In this document: positions 1-9,484 of the stretch, piece by piece | How the letters are laid out: every line of letters begins with the position of its first letter | How positions within the stretch are numbered: position 1 is the stretch's first letter | The notes under the pieces: model-generated | Told to the model about the DNA's origin: nothing | The model's input: the letters and a program-made list of their open reading frames with translations, nothing else | The model's database searches: none | Program-made: the position numbers and the translations under genes | From: an uncultured archaeon | Lineage (GTDB): Archaea; Iainarchaeota; Iainarchaeia; Iainarchaeales; 1-14-0-10-31-34 | Direction: 5' to 3' | Assembly (NCBI GenBank): GCA_964608675.1 | Contig: CAZSOZ010000001.1 | Location: 1-64,000, forward strand | Length of the DNA: 64,000 nucleotides

Positions 1-73
1 AAAAAACAAAAACAAAAAATTTAAAGAAAAAAAGCATATAATTTAGAAAGTTAAACAATTAAAAAAGGGAAGG

Positions 74-772
74 TTAAAAGTTTTTGATTTCAACTATTTC
101 AAAAAAAGGTTCAAGCAAAAGTTTTAGTTCTTCCATTTGTTTAATACTAAAAGGTTTTTTGTTTTGAAATTCAGAATCAACCAAAGGAACATCAGGATTA
201 AACTGCTGTAAAGAAAAAATTCTGCTGTCTTTAAGCCATTCAGCAATCTTTAAGGCATCTTCTTTTGAAAAGAATTCAGGAACAACAGTTGAACGAAATT
301 CATATTCTAAACCTGAATTCTTAATTAATTGAACGCTTTCCTTTATTTTTTCAACATTAATTTTTACTCCGCATAAATCAGAATACTTTTCAGGAGAAGT
401 TTTAATATCCATGGCAATAAAATCAACTAAGTTTTCTTCAATTAATTTTTTTAGCATTTCAGGATTTGAACCATTTGTATCAAGTTTTACTTCAAAACCC
501 ATTTCTTTAATTTTTTTGCAGAAAACAGGAAGGTCTTTATGTAAAGTTGGTTCTCCTCCAGTAATGCATACTCCTTGAAGCCAGTTCTTTCTTTCTTCAA
601 GAAACAAAAAAAATTCTTTTTCATGCAGAACAGGCAAATTAGAATCAGCTTTAATTAAATCAGGGTTCTGACAGAACCCGCATCTGAAATTGCATCCTGC
701 AGTAAAAACCGTGCACGCAATTCTTTCAGGAAAATCAATTAAAGTTGTTTTTTGAAGTCCTTTTAAAATCAT
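74..772 (-). CDS. nrdG: Anaerobic ribonucleoside-triphosphate reductase activating protein (radical SAM)
   Basis: CNFRCGFC radical-SAM motif, ITGGEPTL, KLDTNGS; directly downstream of nrdD. Start moved to ATG at 772 (MILKGLQKT); the upstream extension in the ORF track is T-rich intergenic sequence. Confidence 0.93.
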   Translation of the reverse strand: MILKGLQKTTLIDFPERIACTVFTAGCNFRCGFCQNPDLIKADSNLPVLHEKEFFLFLEERKNWLQGVCITGGEPTLHKDLPVFCKKIKEMGFEVKLDTNGSNPEMLKKLIEENLVDFIAMDIKTSPEKYSDLCGVKINVEKIKESVQLIKNSGLEYEFRSTVVPEFFSKEDALKIAEWLKDSRIFSLQQFNPDVPLVDSEFQNKKPFSIKQMEELKLLLEPFFEIVEIKNF

Positions 773-814
773 GTTTAATTCCTCTAAAAAAAAAAGAAAA
801 AAAAGAAAAAACAA

Positions 815-979
815 TTAAATTTTTTTTTCTGCTTTAATTAAATTTGACATTGTTTTTTGTTCATGGTATTCAAGTCTGTCTTTGAATTCTTCTGTTTTTC
901 CTTGATTCCAGTTTTGGACCGGCCTGAAATAACCGACAATCCTTGAATAAGTTTCGCATTGAGTATTGCATTTAGCCAT
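815..979 (-). CDS. Stand-alone NrdD glycyl-radical domain (54 aa; not in ORF track)
   Basis: Translates MAKCNTQCETYSRIVGYFRPVQNWNQGKTEEFKDRLEYHEQKTMSNLIKAEKKI*, containing the NrdD glycyl-radical motif YSRIVGY-RP...WN.GK..EF.DR. SD GGAGGT (993-988) lies 8 nt before the ATG; the ORF overlaps the end of nrdD. Confidence 0.88.
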   Translation of the reverse strand: MAKCNTQCETYSRIVGYFRPVQNWNQGKTEEFKDRLEYHEQKTMSNLIKAEKKI

Positions 980-3011
980 TTTTTATTACCTCCTTTTCTG
1001 GTTCTTTGCCTTTAAGCTGAGGGCTTTCAGCAGTATTTCCTTCAGAAACCTCTAAAGGACAATTAAAATGTTCTCCTTTAATGTATCCGTGAACAGGACA
1101 AACACTAAAAGTAGGAGTAATTGAATAATAAGGCAGTCTAGTGTTTTCTGCAATTTTTTTAACTAATTCTTTGCAGGTTTTTCCATCACTTATTTTTTCT
1201 CCTAAAAAAGTATGAAAAATTGTTCCGCCTGTATACAAAGGCTGAATTTCATTTTGATGCATTACTGCAGTGATTGCATCATCTGTATGATTAACAGGAA
1301 GCTGAGTTGAATTAGTTAAATAAGGTGTTTCTGTTCCTGCAGTATGAATTTCCGGATGATACTTTTTGTCAAGCATTGCTAATCTGAAAGAAGCTGATTC
1401 AGCAGGAGTTGCCTCCAAATTATATAAATTCTTTGTTTCTTTTTGGAAATCAAAACACTTTTGTCTCATAAAAGACAAAGTTTCAATTGCAAACTGTTTT
1501 CCTTCTTCAGAAGCAATGTCTTTATCTAAAAAATTTACACACGCTTCATTCATTCCAACCAATCCAATAGTAGAAAAATGATTATTGAAAGTTCCAAGAT
1601 AAGCTTTAGTGTAAGGCATTAAACCGTTCTCTAAATTCCTGTTAATTATTTTTCTTTTTATTTCCAAAGCATCTTTTCCTAAATTCATGTAATACTCTAC
1701 TTTTTTAAAAAATTCATCTTTTGTTTTTGATTCAAATGCAATTCTGTTTACATTAAGAGTTATTACTCCAATGCTTCCTGTTGCATCTCCAGGACCCCAC
1801 ATTCCTCCAGGACGGTTAATTAACTGAGAGGTATCCATGTTCAATCTGCAGCACATTGCCCTGATGCTTCTTGGATCCAAATTTGAACCAATATAATTCT
1901 GAAAATACGGGATGCCGTATTTTGCTGTTACATCAAATAATAATTCTGCGTTCTCTGAATTCCAGTTAAAATCTTTTGTAAGGTTGTAAGTAGGAATAGG
2001 AAAAGTAAAAATTCTTCCATTTGCATCTCCTTCCCTCATTACCTCCAAAAACGCTTTGTTAATCATATTCATTTCTTTCTGGCAGTCCCCGTAAGTAAAA
2101 TCCTGCTCTTTTCCTCCGACAACTGCTTTTTCTTTTTTCATGTCTTCAGGAACAGTCCAGTCAAAAGTCAGATTAGAAAAAGGATATTGGCTTCCCCATC
2201 TGCTAGGAATATTCAAAGAATACACTAATTCCTGCATGCACTGTTTTGTCTGCTTATAATTAAGGTTGTCTGCTTTGACAAAAGGAGCCAGTAAAGTATC
2301 AACAGAAGAAAAAGCCTGTGCGCCTGCAAACTCCATTTGCAGGCAACCAATAAAATTAACCATTTGATGAACTACAACATCCAAATGCTTTGCAGGTTTT
2401 GCATCAACTTTGTTTGCTACTCCTCCAAAACCCTTAACCAACAAGTCTTTTAAAGCCCAGCCGGCACAATAACCAATAAAACCATGGCTTAAGTCATGAA
2501 TATGAATGTGTCCTTTCTTGTATGCTTCGCTTACTTCTTTTGGATAAATTTTAGTTAAAGCATAAGAAGCAATAACTTTTCCAGCAGTATGCAGAAGCAA
2601 ACCAGAAAAAGAATAAGCTTCGTTGGAGTTTTCTTTGACACGCCAGTCGTCCTGCTGAAGGTATTCATTAATTGTATCCTCTACATCAATAAAAGTGTCC
2701 TTCATTTCTCTTATTTTAGCATGCTGTTCTCTGTACAAAATAAAAGCTTTAGCTGTTTTTGCATGGCCTTCTTCAATTAAAACTTTTTCAACTATGTCCT
2801 GAATTTGTTCAACTGAAGGAACATCAGTAGGAGAATCAAATTTAATTCTTAAAACAAAAACAACTTTGTCAGCTAGTTTTCCTGAAGTTTCTAAATCACT
2901 TCCGCCAACACTTTGAGCGGCTTTAAAAATAGCTTTAACGATTTTTTCTTTATCAAATTCAGCTATTTCGCCGTTTCTTTTTTTAATTTTTTTAAAATAT
3001 TTTTCTCCCAT
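972..3011 (-). CDS. nrdD: Class III ribonucleoside-triphosphate reductase catalytic subunit with N-terminal ATP cone, lacking the C-terminal glycyl-radical domain
   Basis: ATP cone (IKKRNG..FD..KI...VEQIQDIVE), HIHDL, GYC, AMCCRL finger loop, EATPAES, YTGGTIFH, CPVHG..CP. Ends without RxxGY. Start ATG 3011, or GTG 3044. Confidence 0.93.
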   Translation of the reverse strand: MGEKYFKKIKKRNGEIAEFDKEKIVKAIFKAAQSVGGSDLETSGKLADKVVFVLRIKFDSPTDVPSVEQIQDIVEKVLIEEGHAKTAKAFILYREQHAKIREMKDTFIDVEDTINEYLQQDDWRVKENSNEAYSFSGLLLHTAGKVIASYALTKIYPKEVSEAYKKGHIHIHDLSHGFIGYCAGWALKDLLVKGFGGVANKVDAKPAKHLDVVVHQMVNFIGCLQMEFAGAQAFSSVDTLLAPFVKADNLNYKQTKQCMQELVYSLNIPSRWGSQYPFSNLTFDWTVPEDMKKEKAVVGGKEQDFTYGDCQKEMNMINKAFLEVMREGDANGRIFTFPIPTYNLTKDFNWNSENAELLFDVTAKYGIPYFQNYIGSNLDPRSIRAMCCRLNMDTSQLINRPGGMWGPGDATGSIGVITLNVNRIAFESKTKDEFFKKVEYYMNLGKDALEIKRKIINRNLENGLMPYTKAYLGTFNNHFSTIGLVGMNEACVNFLDKDIASEEGKQFAIETLSFMRQKCFDFQKETKNLYNLEATPAESASFRLAMLDKKYHPEIHTAGTETPYLTNSTQLPVNHTDDAITAVMHQNEIQPLYTGGTIFHTFLGEKISDGKTCKELVKKIAENTRLPYYSITPTFSVCPVHGYIKGEHFNCPLEVSEGNTAESPQLKGKEPEKEVIKNG

Positions 3012-3283
3012 GCCCAACTCCTCTTTTTTTTCTTTTTTTTGCACAAAGAAAAAAGTAAAAAGATGTATTTAAATCTTTTCCAGACAAACAAACAAGTAAA
3101 TAATCCAAAGAAAAAAACCAATTTATTTTTGATTTATGAACTTTAAATTTTTGGTTTCTTCATTTAATTTAGTTTTTTTAACCAAAATATTTGAATTTCT
3201 TTTACATAACCTTTTTTTCTTGTCTTTTCAATAAAATTTTTACTGAAAAAAGCTTTTAAAGAGAATTAATTGTTTTTTAGTAT

Positions 3284-3862
3284 ATGAAAGGAAGGCACCA
3301 TATTCCAAGAAACCTGCAGGAAGTAAAAAAAATTAAATCAAAAACTCCTCCTAAAAGCCACAGAATAAATACAATTAAAAAAAGAATAAAAGCAATTAAA
3401 GAAAAATACAACACGCATTCTTATTTCAGAATAATAAAAAAATATTTTAATAAAATCCCTCTTGAAGAATGGAAACAAACTGGTTTTGGAAAAGAAAGCC
3501 TTAAAGAAATAATCCGGCTTAAAAAAAAATTTAATCCGGATACATTAATAAAATCTAATTTAATCATAATTATAATTGATAAAATAGGAATAACAATATC
3601 AGAAGAAATAAAAGCATTAACCAAAGAAATGAATTCAACAGAAAAAAAAATAAACAAAATAAAAAGAAACAACCCTCTTAAATCAAATGAATACAAAAAA
3701 TATATCCTGCCGTATATTGAACAAAAAAGAAGCATTCTTCTTGAAATAAAACAAAAAGAATTATTCAAAGCATTTATTTACGGAAAAGATAAAAAAACAG
3801 AAGAATTAAGAAAAGAAATAAAAAGAATAAAAAGCAACGAATTTGTTGAAAGACACCTTTAG
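3284..3862 (+). CDS. Hypothetical Lys-rich protein
   Basis: 192-aa ORF with typical A-rich coding-strand composition; no recognisable motif. Confidence 0.6.
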   Translation: MKGRHHIPRNLQEVKKIKSKTPPKSHRINTIKKRIKAIKEKYNTHSYFRIIKKYFNKIPLEEWKQTGFGKESLKEIIRLKKKFNPDTLIKSNLIIIIIDKIGITISEEIKALTKEMNSTEKKINKIKRNNPLKSNEYKKYILPYIEQKRSILLEIKQKELFKAFIYGKDKKTEELRKEIKRIKSNEFVERHL

Positions 3863-4021
3863 TTTGGTTTCCTAACTGTTAAAGGTTAATAAAATCCGAA
3901 TCGTATTAAATATAACAAAAAAAAATCCTTTTAATGCCGTTTTTCCCAATACTATTTTTTCATCGGCAGACAACCCTCTAAACTTACTTAAAGGAAAAAA
4001 AAAAGAATTTTATGGGAAAAT

Positions 4022-6124
4022 ATGAGAGAAGAAAAAACTGAAACTTTAACTGAAACAGAAGAAAATCCTTTTGTAATAAAATTTGAGCAATTCTTTGACC
4101 AGCAATACAAAAAAAAAATAGAAAAGCTTGCTGCTTCTTATCCCGAAAAAAAATCGCTTGAAATAGACTTCAAAGAATTAGAAGAATTTGATTTTGAGTT
4201 AGCTGATTCCCTGCTTGATAACCCTGATTACTTAATTGAAGCAGCAGAACTTGCAATAAAAAACATTGATGTACCTATTCTTGAAACAGAAAAATTTGAG
4301 CCATTCATCAGATTTTATAATCTTCTAAAAGAACAACAGCCTTTGCTAAAAAACATTGGTTCACTGCATTTAGGAAAATTAATTGCAGTAGAAGGAGTAA
4401 TAAGACAGATAACCGAAGTTCTTCCAAGACTCAAAACAGCTAAATGGGAATGCAAAAGCTGCGGCAACACATACAAAACACATCAAGGCGGAACAATGCC
4501 AAAACCTCCAACAATGTGTGAATGCAAAAGAAGAGACTTCAGATTAATAGCAGAATCAAGTGAATTTATAGACAGTCAAAAAATTGAAATACAAGAACCC
4601 TTAGAACACTTAAAAGGCTCAGAACAGGCAGTAAACCTTGAAGTGTATGCAACAAACGATTTAGTGAATAAAGTTGCAGCAGGAGACAGAACAAAAATCA
4701 CCGGAATACTCAGATTAAGGCCTCCAAAAGACAAAAAATTAGTTTTTACAAGATTTCTCGAAGTAGTTCATTTAGAAGAAACTGCAAGAGAATTTGAAGA
4801 AGTTGAAATCACAAACGAAGAAGAAAAAGCAATAAAAGAATTAGCAAAAAAACCTGACATTTATGACATGCTTACTCAAAGCATTGCGCCCGCAATTTAC
4901 GGTCACGAAAAAGTAAAAGAAGCAATAGTGCTTCAATTATTTGGAGGAGTCAAAAAAAATCTTCCAGGAAAAGCAACTGTAAGAGGAAATGTTCACGTGC
5001 TTTTAGTTGGAGACCCAGGAGTAGCAAAATCACAGATTTTAATGGCGGTCAACAAAATTGCTCCAAAAGCAATTTATGTTGCAGGAAAAACTTCTTCTGG
5101 CGTAGGATTAACTGCAAGCGCAGTTAAAGATGATTTTGGAGAAGGAGGATGGACTCTTAAAGCAGGCGCATTAGTTTTAGCAAGCGGAGGATTAAGTTGT
5201 ATTGATGAATTCGACAAAATGGACAAAGAAGACAGAAGCGCAATGCACGAAGCAATGGAACAACAAATGGTTTCAATTGCAAAAGCAGGAATAGTAACAA
5301 GATTTAGAACAGAAACATCAATTCTTGCAGCAGCCAACCCAAAACTTTCAAGATTTGATCCATACGAGCCATTCATTAAACAAATTGATTTGCCTTCAAC
5401 CTTAATTTCAAGATTTGATTTATTTTTCATGATAAGAGATGTTTTAGACAAAGTAAAAGACGAAGAAATTACTTCAAGCATCTTAAAAACACATAAAGCC
5501 GGAGAAATGATGCTTCAAGAAGGAAAAAAAGGAAAAAAAGAAAGCAAAGAAATGCAGGAACTAAAAAAACTTATTACTCCATTAGTAGACAATGAATTGC
5601 TAAAAAAATATATTTCTTATGCAAGACAAAAAATTTCTCCTGTATTAAGCGATGACGCAATAAAAACATTAAGCGAATTTTACTTGAATTTAAGGGAAAT
5701 GGGAAAAAAAGAAGGAAGTTATGCTGCAACCCACAGGCAGTTAGAAGGACTAGTAAGATTAAGTGAAGCAAGCGCAAGAGTAAGGTTAAGCGATACGGTT
5801 GAAAAAAGCGATGCAGAAAAAGCCATAAAACTACTTAAAAATTCATTGCAGGACGTAGTCACTGACCCTGAAACAGGCAGAATAGATATGGATATAATTA
5901 ATATTGGAACAACACACTCAAAGCTGACTGCAATAAGAAATGTATTGAATATTATAAGACAAAAATCAAAAGAACAAGATTTAGTTCCAATAATTGAAGT
6001 AATAGAAGAAGCAAAAAGTATTGGATTAGAAAAAGACAAAGTAAACGAAATTATCTCTGAATTAAAAAGAAAAGGAGAATTATATGAAAAAAAACATGGG
6101 TTTATTTCTCCTGTAGAAAAATAA
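4022..6124 (+). CDS. mcm: MCM replicative helicase
   Basis: Zn finger CKSC..CEC, Walker A GDPGVAKS, IDEFDKM, SRFDL arginine finger, C-terminal wHTH. Confidence 0.97.
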   Translation: MREEKTETLTETEENPFVIKFEQFFDQQYKKKIEKLAASYPEKKSLEIDFKELEEFDFELADSLLDNPDYLIEAAELAIKNIDVPILETEKFEPFIRFYNLLKEQQPLLKNIGSLHLGKLIAVEGVIRQITEVLPRLKTAKWECKSCGNTYKTHQGGTMPKPPTMCECKRRDFRLIAESSEFIDSQKIEIQEPLEHLKGSEQAVNLEVYATNDLVNKVAAGDRTKITGILRLRPPKDKKLVFTRFLEVVHLEETAREFEEVEITNEEEKAIKELAKKPDIYDMLTQSIAPAIYGHEKVKEAIVLQLFGGVKKNLPGKATVRGNVHVLLVGDPGVAKSQILMAVNKIAPKAIYVAGKTSSGVGLTASAVKDDFGEGGWTLKAGALVLASGGLSCIDEFDKMDKEDRSAMHEAMEQQMVSIAKAGIVTRFRTETSILAAANPKLSRFDPYEPFIKQIDLPSTLISRFDLFFMIRDVLDKVKDEEITSSILKTHKAGEMMLQEGKKGKKESKEMQELKKLITPLVDNELLKKYISYARQKISPVLSDDAIKTLSEFYLNLREMGKKEGSYAATHRQLEGLVRLSEASARVRLSDTVEKSDAEKAIKLLKNSLQDVVTDPETGRIDMDIINIGTTHSKLTAIRNVLNIIRQKSKEQDLVPIIEVIEEAKSIGLEKDKVNEIISELKRKGELYEKKHGFISPVEK

Positions 6125-6164
6125 TTGAATTAATTTTTATTTTCTTTCCTTCTTTTTTTATTAA

Positions 6165-6998
6165 ATGAACAAAAAATTAATGATTCAATTAACTGCGATT
6201 TTTTTGATTACACAATTGCTTGGATTATTTGTTGGATTAAACCTGATTGCATCAGGCTTAGAAAGAGAAGGAATAATAAACAATAATCCTGACGACCCAA
6301 TTAATTCAATTGCATTATTTTTATATATTCTGGTTTTTACAGGAATCCTTTTGGTTGTACTAAAATTTTATAAAGGAGACATGCTGTTTAAATTACTTGA
6401 ATCAATGCTTGTTTTTTTGACTTCATTAATTGTATTCAGTTTTCTTGTCCCTAAAGAATTCGAGTTAATTGCCTTAATTTTGCCTTTAGCAATTGTAATT
6501 GCAAGATTTGTATTCAGAAAAAACATCTGGCTGAGAAATCTTGCTTCAATTCTGGCTGCATCAGGAGCAGGAGCATTAATCGGCTACAATTTTGGAATAA
6601 TTCCGGTAACTTTGTTTTTAGTGCTTCTTGCAGTATATGACCTTATCGCAGTTTTTTACACTAAACACATGGTTACACTTGCAAAATCAATTACAAAAAA
6701 AAATCTGGCTTTCACTTTTGCACTGCCTACAAAAGAACACCAATTTGAATTAGGAACAGGAGACCTAGTTATTCCTTTAGTGTTTGCAGTAAGTGTTTTA
6801 GTTGAAACATCAAAGCATTTTTCGTTTCCTTTTGCTTTAATTTCGCCTGCAATAATTTTATGGGGTTCATTAGTTGGATTGATTTTAACTGTTCATTACA
6901 GTTCACAAAATATTGGAAAAGCTTTGCCTGCACTGCCCTTACAGACAATTTTAATGATTTTAATGCTTGCATTAAGTTATGCTTTAAAAGTTTTTTAA
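6165..6998 (+). CDS. Presenilin/signal-peptide-peptidase family intramembrane aspartyl protease
   Basis: Multiple TM segments with YD, LGTGD and PALP motifs. Confidence 0.9.
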   Translation: MNKKLMIQLTAIFLITQLLGLFVGLNLIASGLEREGIINNNPDDPINSIALFLYILVFTGILLVVLKFYKGDMLFKLLESMLVFLTSLIVFSFLVPKEFELIALILPLAIVIARFVFRKNIWLRNLASILAASGAGALIGYNFGIIPVTLFLVLLAVYDLIAVFYTKHMVTLAKSITKKNLAFTFALPTKEHQFELGTGDLVIPLVFAVSVLVETSKHFSFPFALISPAIILWGSLVGLILTVHYSSQNIGKALPALPLQTILMILMLALSYALKVF

Positions 6999-7000
6999 AA

Positions 7001-7498
7001 TTAAAAAGAAAAAAATTTCAGGATTAATTCCATTACAGAAATCCCAAAAAAAGCCAGCAAAGAATAACGAAAAAATCTCCCCAAAAAAACTGCAGGATAA
7101 AATTTTTTTAAGTCATACTGAAGCATTCCTGCAATCACAGAAATTAAATCAAAAAGCAAAGGAACAAAAGACATTAAAACAATAAAACCAAAACCCCATT
7201 TGGACAGCCTGTCAGACAAATAATCAATTTTATCAAGTTTGTCATGAAATTTTTTTTCTACTACACTTCTTCCTCCTCTTCCAACAAAATATCCTGTTGA
7301 CTCCCCTATTGCTGCACCCAACGCAGCCATTAATGCAACCAAAAAAGGATTAAAAATATTTGCAGAAGAAACCAAAAGAATAACTGCATCAATAGGAACA
7401 ACCAAAAAAAGAGTTGCATTAGCAATCAAAGAAGCCAGAAAAATTCCAATTAAACCATAAGAATTAACCAAAGACTGAAGCAAAGCTGAAATATCCAT
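7001..7498 (-). CDS. DedA/VTT (YqaA-like) membrane protein
   Basis: GAAIGE.TGYFVGR and F.GRFFRY motifs; hydrophobic. Confidence 0.85.
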   Translation of the reverse strand: MDISALLQSLVNSYGLIGIFLASLIANATLFLVVPIDAVILLVSSANIFNPFLVALMAALGAAIGESTGYFVGRGGRSVVEKKFHDKLDKIDYLSDRLSKWGFGFIVLMSFVPLLFDLISVIAGMLQYDLKKFYPAVFLGRFFRYSLLAFFGISVMELILKFFSF

Positions 7499-7567
7499 AA
7501 AAAAAACCTTTAAAGGGGATTTACTGCAAAAGTATTATTATACTTTTTTTATTTAAATAATAAGTGG

Positions 7568-7978
7568 TTGACAATGGAATACAAAAAAATGCTTGACAGA
7601 CTTTATTTAAGTCTTCCTGAACAAACAAAAACACAGGAAAGATTTGAAATGCCAAAAGTAGAAAGTTTTGTTCAAGGACAAAAAACAATAATAAAAAATT
7701 CTTCTGCTCTGCTTAAATCAATTAACAGAGAAGAAAAACATTTAATGAAATTTTTAACTAAAGATTTAGCGGTTCCTGCAAGCTCCTCTGAAGGAAGAAT
7801 TATTTTAACAGGAAAATTTTCTGAATCACACATAAGAAATTCAATTCAAAATTACATTAAAGAATATGTGTTATGCAAAGAATGCAAAAAACCTGACACA
7901 AAATTCAAAGAAATGCAGGGAATTAAAATGCTTAAATGCGAGGCTTGTGGAGCCATGACTCCAGTAAAGCAGTTATAG
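7568..7978 (+). CDS. eif2b: Translation initiation factor aIF-2 beta
   Basis: ERFEMP, EYVLCKECKKPDT...CEACGA Zn ribbon. Start TTG 7568 or ATG 7574. Confidence 0.95.
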   Translation: MTMEYKKMLDRLYLSLPEQTKTQERFEMPKVESFVQGQKTIIKNSSALLKSINREEKHLMKFLTKDLAVPASSSEGRIILTGKFSESHIRNSIQNYIKEYVLCKECKKPDTKFKEMQGIKMLKCEACGAMTPVKQL

Positions 7979-7989
7979 AGGGATAAACT

Positions 7990-8307
7990 ATTTTTCATAA
8001 AATTCATTTAATTAACCAGCAAAAAATTCTTGCAGTATGCGACAAAAAATTAAGCGGAAAAACGCTTGACAAAAAAATTGAATTCAAAGTAAACCCTGAG
8101 TTTTACGGAACACAACCAATAACAGAAAAAGAACTTAAAAAAAAAATCAGGGAAGCAAATTCAGCAAACTTGATTGGAAAAAAATGCATTGAAATTGCAT
8201 TAAAAGAAAAAATTATTTTAAAAGAAAACATAATTAAAATAAATGATGTCCCGCACATTCAAATTTATTTCATGGAGGGAATAAATGAAACCACAAAAAC
8301 AGTATAA
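7990..8307 (+). CDS. DUF424-family protein (not in ORF track; no canonical start codon)
   Basis: Stop-free frame IFHKIHLINQQKILAVCDKKLSGKTL...FKVNPEFYG...ANSANLIGKKCIEIA...INDVPHIQIY, matching the DUF424 pattern. It fills the gap between eif2b and eif1a. Confidence 0.75.
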   Translation: MFHKIHLINQQKILAVCDKKLSGKTLDKKIEFKVNPEFYGTQPITEKELKKKIREANSANLIGKKCIEIALKEKIILKENIIKINDVPHIQIYFMEGINETTKTV

Positions 8308-8620
8308 AAGCGAAGAAGAACTAATAAGCAGAATAAGAATGCCTAAAAGAAAAGAACTTGAAATGTTTGCAATAGCAATCCAATTAGTTGGAGGAGACAA
8401 AATAAAGGCTTTATGCGAAGACAAAAAAGAAAGAATCTGCAGGATTCCCGGAAAAATGAGAAAAAGAGTCTGGATAAGAGAAGGAGATTTAATTATAGTA
8501 AAATTATGGGATTTCCAGCCTGAAAAAGCAGATGTTGTATGGAGATACATTAAAGTTCAGACAAATCATTTAAAGAAAAAAGGAGTATTAGACAAACTCC
8601 CAATAGAAGACTGGATTTAA
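8285..8620 (+). CDS. eif1a: Translation initiation factor aIF-1A
   Basis: RICRIPGKMRKRVWIREGD...WDFQ..KADVVWRY; SD GGAGG upstream. Confidence 0.97.
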   Translation: MKPQKQYKSEEELISRIRMPKRKELEMFAIAIQLVGGDKIKALCEDKKERICRIPGKMRKRVWIREGDLIIVKLWDFQPEKADVVWRYIKVQTNHLKKKGVLDKLPIEDWI

Positions 8621-9382
8621 ATGAAAAAAGAAAACCAAGAAAAAAAAATCAAAAGATTTCCCCAAAAAAAAAATCCAAAAACATTTGACAAAGTTTTTGA
8701 CGAAGACACTCTGAACACTATTTACAGGACTGCTTCAGCCGGATTAATAGATAAACTTGAATTCATTATTTCAACAGGAAAAGAAGCATATGTTTTCAGG
8801 GCAACCGACAAAACAGGAAACTTTCGTGCAGTAAAAATATACAAAACAATAACCTCTGATTTTCATAATATGACAAAATACATAGAAGGCGACAAACGCT
8901 TTAAAAATATTCCAAAAGAAAAAAAAGAAATAGTAAAAGAATGGACAAAAAAAGAATTTAAAAACCTAGAAAAGCTATCAAAAGCAGGAGCATCAGTGCC
9001 TTATCCAATTGACTACAAAAACAATGTTCTGGTAATGGAATTCATCGGAGAAAACGGAAAAGCAAGCAAAACTCTGAAAGAAACCGAAATAAAAGACCTT
9101 GAAAATGCTTACAAACAAATAACTGAATTCATTGCAAGAAGCTTTTATATTTCAAATTTAGTTCACGCAGACTTAAGTGAATACAATATTTTAGTAAAAG
9201 AAAACGAAAAACTTGTTGTTATTGACACAGGACAAGCAGTATTAAAAAGCCACCCTCACGCGCAAGAGTTTCTTGAACGGGATTTAAAAAATATTTCAAA
9301 TTATTTTACAAAACAAGGCCTCAAAAAAACAGAAAAAGAACTCAGAAAAGACATAAGAAAATTAAAAGAAAAATTGAATTAA
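8621..9382 (+). CDS. rio1: RIO1 serine/threonine kinase
   Basis: ISTGKEAYVF, AVKIY, LVHADLSEYNIL, IDTGQAV; aIF1A-RIO1-Dim2 synteny. Confidence 0.95.
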   Translation: MKKENQEKKIKRFPQKKNPKTFDKVFDEDTLNTIYRTASAGLIDKLEFIISTGKEAYVFRATDKTGNFRAVKIYKTITSDFHNMTKYIEGDKRFKNIPKEKKEIVKEWTKKEFKNLEKLSKAGASVPYPIDYKNNVLVMEFIGENGKASKTLKETEIKDLENAYKQITEFIARSFYISNLVHADLSEYNILVKENEKLVVIDTGQAVLKSHPHAQEFLERDLKNISNYFTKQGLKKTEKELRKDIRKLKEKLN

Positions 9383-9484
9383 ATGAACAAATAAAAAGGT
9401 TTTCCAACAATAACTTATTATCCTCGCCAAATAAAAAACACTGTCTTTTAGTTGGCTAATTTTAATTTATTAAGTTGATAAAAA

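Noticed and set aside
3045-4021. Replication origin near mcm
   Set aside because: No cdc6/orc1 gene and no repeated ORB-like G-string elements are visible; AT-richness is genome-wide.
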